A stretch of DNA of 64,000 bases from an uncultured Lachnospiraceae bacterium (lineage in GTDB: Bacteria > Bacillota > Clostridia > Lachnospirales > Lachnospiraceae), in contig CAZNAP010000003.1 in the NCBI GenBank assembly GCA_964571145.1, positions 732 through 64,731 on the forward strand. The letters run 5' to 3'. The translations under genes and the position numbers were made by a program. The notes under the pieces were generated by a model, which saw only the letters and a list, made by a program, of their open reading frames with translations, was not told the origin of the DNA and did no database searches. Shown here one piece after another: positions 48,526-59,332 of the stretch. The first letter of the stretch is position 1; each line of letters begins with the position of its first letter.

Positions 48526-49527
48526 TTATTCATTTTTTGTAATCAAGATATCTTTAAAAAAAGTTTCTATAATTTCAATGTAGTCTTTCTCCTGCTTTGC
48601 CTGTTCATTTGCTCCATATTGACTCATTCCAAAACCGTGTCCGCTTCCTTTCACGGTAATTAAGACACTTTTCTTATCTGCTTCCAAATGAAAACTGCCA
48701 GAAAGTAACGCATAGGCTTCTCTGAACTGCTCACCAGTCACTACTTTGCCCAGATTCTCCACAAATAAAACGTAACCGACGCTGTCTCGATAGAGAATAA
48801 ATTTTTCTTCTAAATTGACAGCTTCTAACTTGGTATACTTCTCTTTATCTTGCAGTTCTTCTGCTGTCATGGAGCAACCATTTATAGTTTGCCAGATTTT
48901 ATTGAATTCACTCATTTCATACGAAATCGAACTTGTGTAATCTTCCGATAAAAAATCTCTGCTGCAAAGCACGCTTTGTAAGTAATCGGTGTTACCTGAC
49001 AATAACTCACTTCCATTTCTGGTGGCACCGTTGCTGACGGCAAAATAAGGCGTGTTGATAGCCTGACCTCCTAACGTGGCATAAACACCGGCTGTTTGTG
49101 CAGCCGCCTGCCATGCCTTCTCCGGAATATGCTGACTACCGTAATTTTCATCCTTCACCAAGATGTCCGTACTGCCTTGACTACTCGCAAACAAATTCGT
49201 TCTGATTAAGACTGCCTGTGCTTTTAATGTTTCTAATTCAAAGTCTGTATTAATACTTCTGGTCAGCTTATCCGCCACATAAACTTCCAGAGGAATGACT
49301 TCTTTTCCCAATTTTGTCTGATTAATCACGCGAAATCGATTTTGTGTCAACTGCTTTTCCAAATTAGGTGCCCAAACCGTCATTGTTTCCTGTTGGCAAA
49401 AGTTACCCAATAAAAAAGTAAGTAAATAGGGAAGCAAAAGAATCGCACCCAGACTTTTCAAGGAAAATCCAGGTACGATTCTTATTAATTTCATGTAACA
49501 GAAGACGGAACTCTTAAATTTTTTCAT
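48526..49527 (-). CDS. spoIID: SpoIID/LytB domain protein
   Basis: ETLKAQAVLIRT, YLQSV and GSGHGFGMSQYGAN motifs; start MKKFK has a GGAGGTG RBS. Confidence 0.7.
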   Translation of the reverse strand: MKKFKSSVFCYMKLIRIVPGFSLKSLGAILLLPYLLTFLLGNFCQQETMTVWAPNLEKQLTQNRFRVINQTKLGKEVIPLEVYVADKLTRSINTDFELETLKAQAVLIRTNLFASSQGSTDILVKDENYGSQHIPEKAWQAAAQTAGVYATLGGQAINTPYFAVSNGATRNGSELLSGNTDYLQSVLCSRDFLSEDYTSSISYEMSEFNKIWQTINGCSMTAEELQDKEKYTKLEAVNLEEKFILYRDSVGYVLFVENLGKVVTGEQFREAYALLSGSFHLEADKKSVLITVKGSGHGFGMSQYGANEQAKQEKDYIEIIETFFKDILITKNE

Positions 49528-49543
49528 GAAACACCTCCGGACT

Positions 49544-49574
49544 AGTATATGTTGGAGATATTCCGTTTTATACT
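49544..49574 (-). promoter_or_regulatory. Candidate sigma-E promoter of spoIID
   Basis: Minus strand GTATA...18 nt...CATATACT, resembling the sigma-E ATA-N16-18-CATAcaT consensus. Confidence 0.45.
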
Positions 49575-49617
49575 TCATTTGACCTAGTTACGCAGTACAT
49601 ATTAGCGTGCTTTGCTA

Positions 49618-50799
49618 TTAGATGACTTCGGAATAAAGGTCGTAAGCCAGCAGTGCCTGTTCGGTACGATTGTGTTTGGTCATATCCACGTGCTGTACGG
49701 TGCCTGCATTTCCATTCTCATACAGGAAAAATCCGGTGTTTCGGATCATACCATTGGTCTGATTTTGGTCGTTAGTCAAACTAAAATCTGTGGATTTATT
49801 CATTAAAGCGATTGCACCGACTCCTTTATCTGCCAGTGAGCAGAGCTGTGGTTCTCCGTTTTCATCCATGACCCAAATTTTCAGCCTATTCCAAATCTCA
49901 TCGCCTTCATCAATAAAGCCATTTTGGTCATCATCATAAGCTGCCAAATCAGCAAATCCATTCCCGGACTTGGTTCCGAACAATTCAGAACCGTCGTTAA
50001 TGGTTCCGTCCTCGTTCTTGTCCAAAGCGAGAAATCCGCTTCCTGCCACCAACTTACTAATTTCATCTTGTTCTCCGTCTGCGTCGATGTCGAACAGGAA
50101 TGTCTGGTCAGAAAGTCCCGCTATATTTCCATTCAGATTAATCACCAGCGGATCGCACATGGAAACTTCCATATAACTGATATTTTCCTCATAGTATTCT
50201 TGGAAGCTACGACTCATTTCTACATTTAAATTGAAATTCAGCTCTCTGCCATCTGCGCACTTAACGGTTCCCTGTGTGGAAAAGGCAGTATTTTCCGTTT
50301 CTTCGTAATAGTATTGTCTGCTAAATGCAAACGTTCTAACGTTCAATCCTATAGCAGAAATCAAGTTTGGAGATGTTGATGTAGTCAAATCTAAAATGCC
50401 TGTACTTGTAGCATCAGCATCTTCCTCATCGGTACCGGCTTGGCTCGCATCTCCTTGCTCTGTCAGCATTGAGCTGCTTGTCCTTCTCTCCGGGAAAAGA
50501 ATATTCATGAGGAAGTCCAAACACTGTTGTCTGATTTCCATCATTTGTTTCTTAATTTCTTCTGCATCCAAGTTTTGAACACTACCGGAATTAAAGGCTT
50601 TCATCTTAGCACTCATTTCTTCCAGTGTAGAACTCAGCGTTTCCGTTGGTGTTTCCGTCGGTGTTTCGGCTGGTGTTTCAGTGGATGTTTCTCCGAATGC
50701 TTTTCTGCTGTCTGTCATCATAAATTTACTCACTCGTCCTGAGATGGAACTAAAACTTCTGGTGGAATCCATTCCTATGGTACTGGAATCTATTCGCAT
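49618..50799 (-). CDS. Conserved hypothetical protein with C-terminal DPLV/EF-hand-like Ca-binding domain
   Basis: DPLVINLNG, FDIDADGE, LALDKNEDGTINDGSELFG and YDDDQNGFID motifs; low-complexity N-terminus; AAGGAGG RBS. Confidence 0.7.
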   Translation of the reverse strand: MRIDSSTIGMDSTRSFSSISGRVSKFMMTDSRKAFGETSTETPAETPTETPTETLSSTLEEMSAKMKAFNSGSVQNLDAEEIKKQMMEIRQQCLDFLMNILFPERRTSSSMLTEQGDASQAGTDEEDADATSTGILDLTTSTSPNLISAIGLNVRTFAFSRQYYYEETENTAFSTQGTVKCADGRELNFNLNVEMSRSFQEYYEENISYMEVSMCDPLVINLNGNIAGLSDQTFLFDIDADGEQDEISKLVAGSGFLALDKNEDGTINDGSELFGTKSGNGFADLAAYDDDQNGFIDEGDEIWNRLKIWVMDENGEPQLCSLADKGVGAIALMNKSTDFSLTNDQNQTNGMIRNTGFFLYENGNAGTVQHVDMTKHNRTEQALLAYDLYSEVI

Positions 50800-50956
50800 T
50801 AACCCTCCTTTTTATGTCCCTTGCCTTTGATCTCACCTCCATGTTTGATAAAAACAAAAATGATATAGCAAAGGTTTTCCATTTCCTTTGTATACCATCC
50901 GTGGCGACATCTCTTTTTGTCAGATTCTATGGCCGGTAGAACCTGCTGTACTATAT

Positions 50957-50983
50957 TTATCGGCAAATTGTAGGAAAATATTA
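50957..50983 (-). promoter_or_regulatory. Sigma-28 (sigma-D/FliA) promoter
   Basis: Minus strand TAAT-N15-GCCGATAA (consensus TAAA-N15-GCCGATAA). Confidence 0.75.
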
Positions 50984-51175
50984 TTCCAAATCACAAAAAG
51001 GGAAATTTTTCAGATTTGAAATGACAAAACTGCGCATATGCTATATTATAAGATAGGTAATAAATTAAAAGTAGGAATTACAGATAAGATTAGTAATTAA
51101 AACTGCGGATAGCAATATGAACTAAGCATAGTAATAAGAAAATAAAAAAGAAGCATATGATAGGAGAAATCAAAA

Positions 51176-52024
51176 ATGACAGAAAAGAAAAAAAGTGGAT
51201 TATCAATAGGAAGACTTGTACTGCAAATTTTACAGGGTGCACTGATTGGACTGGGTGCCGTTTTACCCGGAATATCAGGAGGTGTACTGGGTGTAATCTT
51301 TGGTATTTACAAGCCTATTATGGAGTTACTGGCAAATCCGTTTAAGAATTTTAAGACACATGTTCCAAAACTGATTCCTTACATAATCGGTGGTATTATT
51401 GGATTTTTAGGAATAGCAAACTTGCTTGCCTTTGTTTTAGAGAAATATCCGGCACCTTCTGTGTGTCTGTTCGTAGGTCTGATTGGTGGAATGCTTCCAT
51501 CATTATGGAAAGAAGCCGGACAGCAGGGCAGAAAGAAATCTTCCTATGTATCTCTAATAATCGCTATGATTGTAATTTTCGCTTTATTAATAAGCTTACG
51601 TGTAGCATCTGTAACATTAACCCCTAACTTCGGTTGGTTTTTATTCTGTGGTTTTTGTCTGGCTTTAAGCGTTATTGCACCAGGTATGAGTTTTTCTACT
51701 CTATTAATGCCTCTTGGACTATATACGCCATTTGTAGACGGTATCGGACACCTTTCCCTGAGCGTATTAATTCCCGGCGGAATTGGTGGATTATTAACCG
51801 TAATTCTTTTCTCTAAAACAGTAAATTCCTTATTTGAACATCATTACTCAGTTGCTTTTCATGCAATTGTAGGTATCGTAATCGCTGCCACTTTGATGAT
51901 TGTTCCTTACGAGAGTTTTGTAGCTTCTACAGCCAGCTGTCTTATTAATGTTGTTTGTCTTGTTGTCGGTGTGATTGCCGCATTGGTATTAGATAAATTC
52001 AACAGCAAAGTAGAAGTAGATTAG
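51176..52024 (+). CDS. DUF368 family membrane protein (polyprenyl-phosphate translocase family)
   Basis: Repeated PGISGG / PGMS re-entrant motifs and multiple TM segments. Confidence 0.8.
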   Translation: MTEKKKSGLSIGRLVLQILQGALIGLGAVLPGISGGVLGVIFGIYKPIMELLANPFKNFKTHVPKLIPYIIGGIIGFLGIANLLAFVLEKYPAPSVCLFVGLIGGMLPSLWKEAGQQGRKKSSYVSLIIAMIVIFALLISLRVASVTLTPNFGWFLFCGFCLALSVIAPGMSFSTLLMPLGLYTPFVDGIGHLSLSVLIPGGIGGLLTVILFSKTVNSLFEHHYSVAFHAIVGIVIAATLMIVPYESFVASTASCLINVVCLVVGVIAALVLDKFNSKVEVD

Positions 52025-52054
52025 ACATAGCGGTTCAAATACTAGCACGATTAC

Positions 52055-52088
52055 AAAGGGCATCAAACACAAATGTTTGATGCCCTTT
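52055..52088. terminator. Bidirectional terminator hairpin
   Basis: AAAGGGCATCAAACA/TGTTTGATGCCCTTT 15-bp stem between convergent genes. Confidence 0.8.
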
Positions 52089-52123
52089 ACAGTAACTCTC
52101 TCTAACTGTTTTCCTATATTACA

Positions 52124-52351
52124 TTATGCAACTTTCGAGTAGTCCATTACCGAAATTTCCTGCATCGTCCTTTTGGCTACAGCAACCATTTGTTCCAATC
52201 GTTCAGCAACCTCATCCGTGTAGTATTTTTCGCCACACTGCTCGCATTCTTCACAAGGCACATTCTTGATTACAATAATACTACCATTATAATTAACCAC
52301 ATGAGTTGTCGTACTCGCCTTTACGGTATCGCATTTACAAAACATACACAT
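52124..52351 (-). CDS. YgiT-type zinc finger protein (MqsA-like antitoxin)
   Basis: MCMFCK...IVIKNVPCEECEQCGE pattern; follows a DUF4258 gene. Confidence 0.8.
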   Translation of the reverse strand: MCMFCKCDTVKASTTTHVVNYNGSIIVIKNVPCEECEQCGEKYYTDEVAERLEQMVAVAKRTMQEISVMDYSKVA

Positions 52352-52353
52352 AA

Positions 52354-52665
52354 TTATTTCCTCCTTCTTGTTTTCAAATCTTCTTCAAATTTTGTTGTAT
52401 TTGGAAAATATACAGTAATGATATATAGACTATTCTCATCCATTCCAACAACTATATGTAACACTTCTTTATCAGATGTATATCCGAATATTAAACAACT
52501 TGGATTCGGGAAATCTTCCGGATAATCTTCAATTACTTCTCCTGTCGCTATACATTCTTTAACGTCACTTCTACTAATATCACGTTCTTGCATTCTTTCA
52601 AGACAATGCACAGACTATTTTATCTCGTTTTTATCACTATATTCTCTTACCCTTTCAATACGCAC
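52354..52665 (-). pseudogene. DUF4258 domain protein (putative toxin) with in-frame nonsense codon
   Basis: GGAGG RBS and GTG at 52665: VRIERVREYSDKNEIK*SVHCLERMQERDIS...IEDYPEDFPNPSCLIFG...LHIVV...IITVYFP; TAG at 52615-52617. Confidence 0.75.
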
Positions 52666-52772
52666 TTATTTTTTCCTCCACTTCTAATTGTATTATAGCC
52701 GAATTCCGAAACTAAAACAATGTAGGATTCAATTTGCCTAAATTGTTTTTCGTTCATGAAATCCACGAATAT

Positions 52773-52815
52773 AAAAAACAAAGTCATGATAACGGTTTTG
52801 TTATCATGACTTTGT
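52773..52815 (-). terminator. Intrinsic terminator after the hydratase gene
   Basis: ACAAAGTCATGATAAC/GTTATCATGACTTTGT stem plus U-tract on the minus strand. Confidence 0.8.
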
Positions 52816-52843
52816 GTCGATTAATTATAACTAAGCCAGTTGT

Positions 52844-55132
52844 TTATACTCGGTTGTAGTTGATTAGGCAGCCTTTGAGGATAATCTCACGTTCATCATC
52901 GGTTAAGTCACCAAGACGCAGGGTGAATTCCTTGAGTCCGGCATCGGTAACTGCATAGGCTTTAATTTGTTCTACCTTGTCCTCTACAGCCTTCTTGATG
53001 TTTGGAATGAACAGATAATCCAGATTCTTAAAGGGAAGCTCGCCCTTTTCAATCAGGAAGGGAAGCATGCCCCAGTTAATCAGGTTGGAGCGGTAACGCT
53101 TGGTAGCATACTCATTTGCTATATTGGCCCAGCCGCCCAGTACCTTCTGGCAAGAAGCGGCTTGTTCTCTGGCGGAACCATCGCCCGGTTTCACTGCAAA
53201 TATGGTGGAGCCAAAGCCCACATTGCCTTCGCCTACTTCTGGATACTGTTTGTGGATTTCTGCCATAATTGGTTTCAGTTCCGGCTTCGCATCCAAAGGA
53301 CATTTGCCTTCCATAACAGCAGCCTGTGCTTTCTGAATTTCTTTGGCACGTCCTACATAAGCAGGGTCTTTACGAGATAATGTAAATTCTGCCAGTCCAA
53401 GAGGATTGGATCTATAAGATGAAGTCTCACCTGAAGGAATCAATTCATCGGTGGTTGTTACAGGGTCATGTATTTCAGCCACGACCTGAAGCACAATATT
53501 CTCCGGTAATGCACACATAGCGGGCCAGTCTTTGATATTCGGTCCAAACTGAACTTCCACTGAAGGATCAGCCACACCATGAGAATCAAACACACGATTT
53601 TCATATATTTTTGAATCAAAGTGATATTTGTATTTTCCAATTGTCCCGTCGAAGTCTGTTGCAGCCGTAAGAACACCCTTATTGGCAGCTGTTGCTGCAA
53701 TGGAACGGGCATCCATCAGTGCCACAGAAGAAATCTGTCCATTCTGAAGTTTGGAACCTTCTCTGTTGGGGAAGTTTCTGGTTGAATGACGAATACTAAA
53801 TGCATTGTTAGCAGGAGTGTCACCAGCACCAAAGCAAGGGCCACAGAATGCTGTTTTCAGAACTGCACCTGTTTCCATTAAGGTTGCCGCACAACCATTT
53901 TTTACAAGTTCCATATAAACAGGCATGGAAGCCGGATAAATGCTGACTGTGAAGCCATCAGAACCAATATAAGTACCTTTCATGATATCAGCAGCTGCGC
54001 AGATATTTTCGAAACCACCTCCGGCACAACCGGCGATAATTCCTTGGTCTACTAAAAGCTTGCCGTTTCTAACTTTATTTTTTAATGTAAAGTCTACAGC
54101 GCCATCCAATGAAACAGCTGCTTTTGCTTCCACATCATTTAAAATATCCATCAAATTTGCATTTAACTCTTCAATTGTATAGGTATTGCTGGGATGAAAA
54201 GGCATTGCAATCATGGGTTTAATGCTACCCAAATCAATAGAAATCATACCGTCATAATAAGCAACCTCACCCGGCTTCAATTCCTTGTAATCTGCTTTTC
54301 TGCCATGAATGTCATAAAACTCTTCAATGACACTGTCAGTTTGCCAAATAGAAGAAAGACAGGTGGTTTCCGTAGTCATGACATCAATGCCAATTCGGAA
54401 ATCTGCGCTTAAAGAAGCTACGCCCGGTCCAACAAATTCCATTACTTTATTTTTCACATAACCGCTTGCAAAAATCTCTCCGATAATCGCAAGTGCCACG
54501 TCCTGAGGTCCTACACCTTTCACCGGTTCGCCTGTCAAATAAACGCCAACTACGCCCGGCATATCAATATCATAAGTCTGGCAAAGAAGCTGTTTAACAA
54601 GCTCCGGTCCGCCCTCTCCGATTGCCATGGTTCCAAGTGCTCCGTAACGTGTATGGGAATCTGAACCTAAAATCATCTTACCGCCTGCTGCCATCATTTC
54701 TCTGGCAAACTGATGAATAACAGCCTGATGAGGGGGGACATAAACACCGCCATACTTCTTGGCACAGGTCAAACCATACATGTGGTCATCTTCATTAATT
54801 GTTCCGCCTACTGCACAAAGAGAATTGTGACAGTTGGTCAGTACATAAGGTACCGGAAACTTCTCAAGTCCTGATGCTCTGGCTGTCTGAATAATTCCCA
54901 CAAAGGTAATATCATGTGAAGTCAGTTTATCAAACTTGATTTTTAACTTATTCATATTGTCGGAGGTATTATGTTCTTGTAAAATACCGTATGCGATGGT
55001 TTCTCTTGCTCCATCTTCCTTGGAAATCACCTTTCCTGTTTTGCTTTGAATTGCTGCTTGTGCCTGTGCATTATCAGGAATTACTTCCGTTCCGTTAATC
55101 AGATAGGCGCCGCCATCATATACCTGTATCAT
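52844..55132 (-). CDS. Aconitase-family hydratase (YbhJ-like)
   Basis: [38 protein letters not shown] and GSAREQA motifs. Confidence 0.85.
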   Translation of the reverse strand: MIQVYDGGAYLINGTEVIPDNAQAQAAIQSKTGKVISKEDGARETIAYGILQEHNTSDNMNKLKIKFDKLTSHDITFVGIIQTARASGLEKFPVPYVLTNCHNSLCAVGGTINEDDHMYGLTCAKKYGGVYVPPHQAVIHQFAREMMAAGGKMILGSDSHTRYGALGTMAIGEGGPELVKQLLCQTYDIDMPGVVGVYLTGEPVKGVGPQDVALAIIGEIFASGYVKNKVMEFVGPGVASLSADFRIGIDVMTTETTCLSSIWQTDSVIEEFYDIHGRKADYKELKPGEVAYYDGMISIDLGSIKPMIAMPFHPSNTYTIEELNANLMDILNDVEAKAAVSLDGAVDFTLKNKVRNGKLLVDQGIIAGCAGGGFENICAAADIMKGTYIGSDGFTVSIYPASMPVYMELVKNGCAATLMETGAVLKTAFCGPCFGAGDTPANNAFSIRHSTRNFPNREGSKLQNGQISSVALMDARSIAATAANKGVLTAATDFDGTIGKYKYHFDSKIYENRVFDSHGVADPSVEVQFGPNIKDWPAMCALPENIVLQVVAEIHDPVTTTDELIPSGETSSYRSNPLGLAEFTLSRKDPAYVGRAKEIQKAQAAVMEGKCPLDAKPELKPIMAEIHKQYPEVGEGNVGFGSTIFAVKPGDGSAREQAASCQKVLGGWANIANEYATKRYRSNLINWGMLPFLIEKGELPFKNLDYLFIPNIKKAVEDKVEQIKAYAVTDAGLKEFTLRLGDLTDDEREIILKGCLINYNRV

Positions 55133-55159
55133 TCTTTTATATCCTCCTACTGTGATTTA

Positions 55160-56632
55160 TTACTGTCCTAATACTTTTTCCAGTTCTTTGATAATTATCT
55201 TCAATGCCTTAATCCTGGCATAACGCTTGTCTACAGACTCCAAAATGTGCCAAGGTGCATACGTGGTGCTGGTCTTTTGAATCATCTCGTTGACTGCCAC
55301 CTCATAATCATCCCATTTTTCACGATTACGCCAATCTTCATCCGTAATTTTCCACTGCTTCTCCGGTGTGTTTTGCCTCTGGGTAAAGCGTTCCAGCTGG
55401 GTATCCTTGTCTATTTGTACCCAAAACTTAATAATCACTGCTCCCCAGTCATGGATTTCCTTTTCAAATTCATTAATTTCATTATAAGCTCTTTTCCAGT
55501 CGTTTTCACTGCAAAAACCTTCCAGTCGCTCAACCATAACGCGTCCGTACCAGCTTCTGTCAAAAATTGCTATGTGACCGGTTTTAGGCAGTCTGGTCCA
55601 AAAACGCCACAAATAATGTCTGGCTTTCTCGTGTGGCTCCGGACTTGCAATGGGATGCACTTCATAGCCTCTGGCATCCAATGCCCCTGTAATTCGTTTG
55701 ATATTACCGCCTTTTCCTGCTGCATCCCAGCCCTCATAAGCGATAATAACAGGAATCTGCTTTCTATATAAGCGGTTATGCAACTCCTTAAGCTGTTTCT
55801 GTAAACGGTCCAGTTCTTCTCGGTAATCCTTTTCTTCAATGGATTTATCCAACTCTATTTCTGCAAGTTTGGGCATCTTTTGAAGAGGAAATACATTCTG
55901 TAACAAAGGAACTGCTATATTTCTGTTTTGCAGGGCAATTTCTATTCCCTGTGTCAACGTTTCCAGCACTTGCAACTCTACCCACTTCTTGGATTTGGCA
56001 TCTACCACATACCAAGGAGCCGAAGGTGCATTGGTATCTTCAAGATATCGGTCAAAGACACCGACACAGTCGTCATAATGCTTGTTCTGCCACTTGTCAT
56101 TATCGCTGACACGCCAGCTGGTGTCAATATCTTCGGATAATTCTGCTATTCTCTTTTTCTGTTCTTTTTCGCTGATATGGAAAAAGAATTTCATCAGCAG
56201 ATAGCCATTGTCTGTTAATTGACGCTCAAAACGACGAATGCTGTCAATTCGCTGCTCATATGCTTTATGACTCATTTCTCCGTGCAAACATTTACGGGTT
56301 ACTTCGTCCATCCATCCGGAATCCAAAAACATGAATTTGCCCGCTTCAGGTATACGTGCAAAATATCTACATAAAAAAGGTTTTCTGCTTTCTTCCTCTG
56401 TCGGCTGATCCATAGAAGCTACCTTAAAAAAACGCGGATCGATATTTTGAATGACCTGACCGATTGTACTTCCTTTTCCGGCGGTTCCCCACCCTTCCAT
56501 CAAAACTAAAACCGGTATTTTATGCTCTTTAATCAACATTTGCTGGCTAAAAAGCCTTTCTCTGGCAGTCGTTAATCGTTCCTTTAATGATTCTTCTTCG
56601 GGCTTGTCTACAAATTGAATATTTTTCAGCAT
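55160..56632 (-). CDS. Polyphosphate kinase 2, two-domain (polyphosphate:AMP phosphotransferase type)
   Basis: Duplicated domain EGWGTAGKG / EGWDAAGKGG, FDRSWYGRV and WK(I/V)xDxDW; AGGGAGG RBS before MLKN. Confidence 0.85.
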   Translation of the reverse strand: MLKNIQFVDKPEEESLKERLTTARERLFSQQMLIKEHKIPVLVLMEGWGTAGKGSTIGQVIQNIDPRFFKVASMDQPTEEESRKPFLCRYFARIPEAGKFMFLDSGWMDEVTRKCLHGEMSHKAYEQRIDSIRRFERQLTDNGYLLMKFFFHISEKEQKKRIAELSEDIDTSWRVSDNDKWQNKHYDDCVGVFDRYLEDTNAPSAPWYVVDAKSKKWVELQVLETLTQGIEIALQNRNIAVPLLQNVFPLQKMPKLAEIELDKSIEEKDYREELDRLQKQLKELHNRLYRKQIPVIIAYEGWDAAGKGGNIKRITGALDARGYEVHPIASPEPHEKARHYLWRFWTRLPKTGHIAIFDRSWYGRVMVERLEGFCSENDWKRAYNEINEFEKEIHDWGAVIIKFWVQIDKDTQLERFTQRQNTPEKQWKITDEDWRNREKWDDYEVAVNEMIQKTSTTYAPWHILESVDKRYARIKALKIIIKELEKVLGQ

Positions 56633-56712
56633 ATACGTTCCAGCCTCCCTGTTCATCAGTTATTGGGTTCCGACAGCGTTACTCATATTAAATGAATCAT
56701 TTTATAATTGCA

Positions 56713-59196
56713 TTATTTCTTTTTCGGTAAAACCACCTTATCCAAATGCCAAATTTCATCCACATACTGTTGAATGGTTCTGTCCGATGTAAATTTACCA
56801 CTGCAGGCTACATTTAAAATAGCACTCTTTGCCCAGCCTTTTTCATCACGATATGCCTTCTTCGCCTTCTCCTGTGCCTGTGCATAGGATCTGAAATCCT
56901 TTAAGATAAAGTAAGTATCTGCTTTGGATGTACTGAGTGTATTTAACAATGAATTGTAAAGTGTTCTAAATCGATCCGGGTCACCGGGTGCATAGGTACC
57001 GTTAATCAGCTGCATCAAAACTCTTCTGATATCCTCGTCATTGTTAAAGATTTCTGAAGGGTCATAGCCACCAAAGTTTTCATACTTGATTACTTCATCT
57101 GAGGTCAATCCAAAAATAAAGGCATTTTCTTCGCCTACTTCTTCGACGATTTCCACGTTGGCTCCATCCATTGTTCCTATGGTTAACGCACCGTTCAGCA
57201 TGAATTTCATGTTACCGGTTCCGGAAGCTTCTTTGCTGGCAGTGGATATCTGTTCTGATACATCTGCTGCCGCAAAAATCAGTTCTGCATTGGATACACG
57301 ATAATTCTCTATAAATACGACTTTGATTTTGCCATTAATTGCAGGGTCATTGTTCACAACATCCGCTACTGAATTAATCAGTTTAATGGTCATTTTCGCA
57401 TTGTAATAACCTGCTGCAGCTTTCGCACCGAAAATAAAGGTTCTAGGATAGAAATCCATTTCCGGATGTTCTTTTAAAACATTATACAAGTACATAACAT
57501 GAAGAATGTTCAAAAGCTGACGTTTATATTCATGAAGTCTCTTAACCTGCACATCAAAAATGGAACGAGGGTCTATCTGAACACCGTTGTGCTCCAAAAT
57601 ATACTGTGCCAGACGTACCTTATTCTGATACTTAATGTTCATGAACTCCTGCTGTGCCTTTTCATCATCTGCATATATTTTCAGTTTGCTGATTTGTGGC
57701 AAATCGGTAATCCATTCACTTCCCACATGAGCGGTAACCCAGTCAGCTAACAACGGATTGCCATGAAGGAGGAAACGTCTTTGGGTAATACCATTGGTTT
57801 TATTATTGAATTTATCCGGCATCATTTCGTAGAAATCCTTCAGTTCTTCTTTTTTTAAGATTTCTGTATGAAGTCTTGCTACACCATTAACAGAGTAACC
57901 TGCTGCAATGGCAAGATGCGCCATTTTAACCTGACCATCGTAAATAATAGCCATTTTGCGTACTTTTTCCTGGTTATCCGGATACATTTCCTGTATCTTT
58001 GCAACAAATCTACAATTGATTTCTTCGATAATCTGATAAATTCTGGGCAATAATCTGGAAAAGAGTTCAATGGGCCATTTCTCCAATGCTTCAGACATAA
58101 TGGTATGATTGGTATAAGCACAAGTCTTGGAAGTAACTTCCCATGCCTCTTCCCATGTCAAATAATAATCATCCATGAGAATTCTCATCAGTTCAGCCAC
58201 CGCTACTGTAGGGTGGGTATCATTCAATTGGAATGTCACCTTCTCGTAGAATTTATGAATATCATCATGTTTACGCATGTATTTAGCTACTGCTTCCTGC
58301 ACGGATGCCGAAATGAAAAAGTATTGCTGTTTGAGACGAAGCTCTTTTCCGGCATAATGATTGTCATTGGGGTAAAGTACTTCAACAATATTCTTAGCCA
58401 GATTTTCCTGCTCTACTGCCTTCTGGTAATCGCCCTTGTCGAAGGAATCCAGCTGGAAGCATTCCACTGCTTTGGCATCCCAAATACGCAACGTATTCAC
58501 AATTCCGTTTCCATATCCCACAATGGGAAGGTCATAAGGAATGGCTGTAACGCTCTGATAGCCTTCCTGAACAAAATTACTTCTGCCCTTTTCATCCACA
58601 CGAACACTGACAAATCCACCAAATTTTACTTCTTTGGCATATTCCGGTCTGCGCAGTTCAAACGGATTTCCGTCTGCCAACCAATTGTCCGGTACCTCAA
58701 CCTGATATCCGTCTCTGATTTCCTGTTTGAACATACCGTAACGATATCGAATACCGCAACCGTAAGCCGGGTAGCCAAGGGTCGCTAAAGAATCCAAGAA
58801 GCAAGCTGCCAGTCGGCCCAGACCGCCGTTGCCAAGTGCTGCATCAGGTTCCTGATCTTCGATTACATTCAAATCCAAACCCAGTTCTTTCATTGCTTCC
58901 TGAGCGGCTTTGTTGGCCTGCAGGTTAATGATATTATTCCCCAGTGCACGCCCCATTAAAAATTCCATGGACAAATAATAAACAGTTTTGGGATCCTGTT
59001 TCTCAAATTCCTGTTGTGTTGAAAGCCAGCGATCTACAATCTGGTCTTTAATGGCATAAGCCACTGCCTGAAAAACCTGTTGCGGTGTAGCCTCCTCCAA
59101 TGTCTTTCTATATAATGTCTTAACGTTATAAAGTACACTTCTTTTAAATAATTCTTTATCAAACGCAAATTGCGCAGGTGCTGTCTTTTTTAACAT
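56713..59196 (-). CDS. glgP: Glycogen phosphorylase
   Basis: GNGGLGRLAACF, LNDTHP, KRLHEYKRQ and EASGTGNMK motifs. Confidence 0.95.
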   Translation of the reverse strand: MLKKTAPAQFAFDKELFKRSVLYNVKTLYRKTLEEATPQQVFQAVAYAIKDQIVDRWLSTQQEFEKQDPKTVYYLSMEFLMGRALGNNIINLQANKAAQEAMKELGLDLNVIEDQEPDAALGNGGLGRLAACFLDSLATLGYPAYGCGIRYRYGMFKQEIRDGYQVEVPDNWLADGNPFELRRPEYAKEVKFGGFVSVRVDEKGRSNFVQEGYQSVTAIPYDLPIVGYGNGIVNTLRIWDAKAVECFQLDSFDKGDYQKAVEQENLAKNIVEVLYPNDNHYAGKELRLKQQYFFISASVQEAVAKYMRKHDDIHKFYEKVTFQLNDTHPTVAVAELMRILMDDYYLTWEEAWEVTSKTCAYTNHTIMSEALEKWPIELFSRLLPRIYQIIEEINCRFVAKIQEMYPDNQEKVRKMAIIYDGQVKMAHLAIAAGYSVNGVARLHTEILKKEELKDFYEMMPDKFNNKTNGITQRRFLLHGNPLLADWVTAHVGSEWITDLPQISKLKIYADDEKAQQEFMNIKYQNKVRLAQYILEHNGVQIDPRSIFDVQVKRLHEYKRQLLNILHVMYLYNVLKEHPEMDFYPRTFIFGAKAAAGYYNAKMTIKLINSVADVVNNDPAINGKIKVVFIENYRVSNAELIFAAADVSEQISTASKEASGTGNMKFMLNGALTIGTMDGANVEIVEEVGEENAFIFGLTSDEVIKYENFGGYDPSEIFNNDEDIRRVLMQLINGTYAPGDPDRFRTLYNSLLNTLSTSKADTYFILKDFRSYAQAQEKAKKAYRDEKGWAKSAILNVACSGKFTSDRTIQQYVDEIWHLDKVVLPKKK

Positions 59197-59271
59197 ACTG
59201 TAGTTCTCCTTTATTTGTTGGGTTTCGTTATCTCTCAGTTCCTATATTTAACGCATCTATTTCATTATACA

Positions 59272-59314
59272 ATAAAAGCTTGCGAATCGCTATAGAGGAT
59301 TCGTAAGCTTTTAT
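59272..59314 (-). terminator. Terminator after ileS
   Basis: ATAAAAGCTTGCGAATC/GATTCGTAAGCTTTTAT hairpin. Confidence 0.75.
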
Positions 59315-59332
59315 CGATTTATTAGTTATTTT

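Noticed and set aside
50630-50695. 12-bp ETP(T/A) coding repeats, and similar low-complexity linkers in PstS and SpoIIQ
   Set aside because: Ordinary flexible linker repeats within proteins.
58105-58788. Long antisense ORFs (e.g. 58105..58788, 55247..55771, 47008..47484)
   Set aside because: They lie opposite conserved genes and are explained by codon bias; no RBS or domain features.
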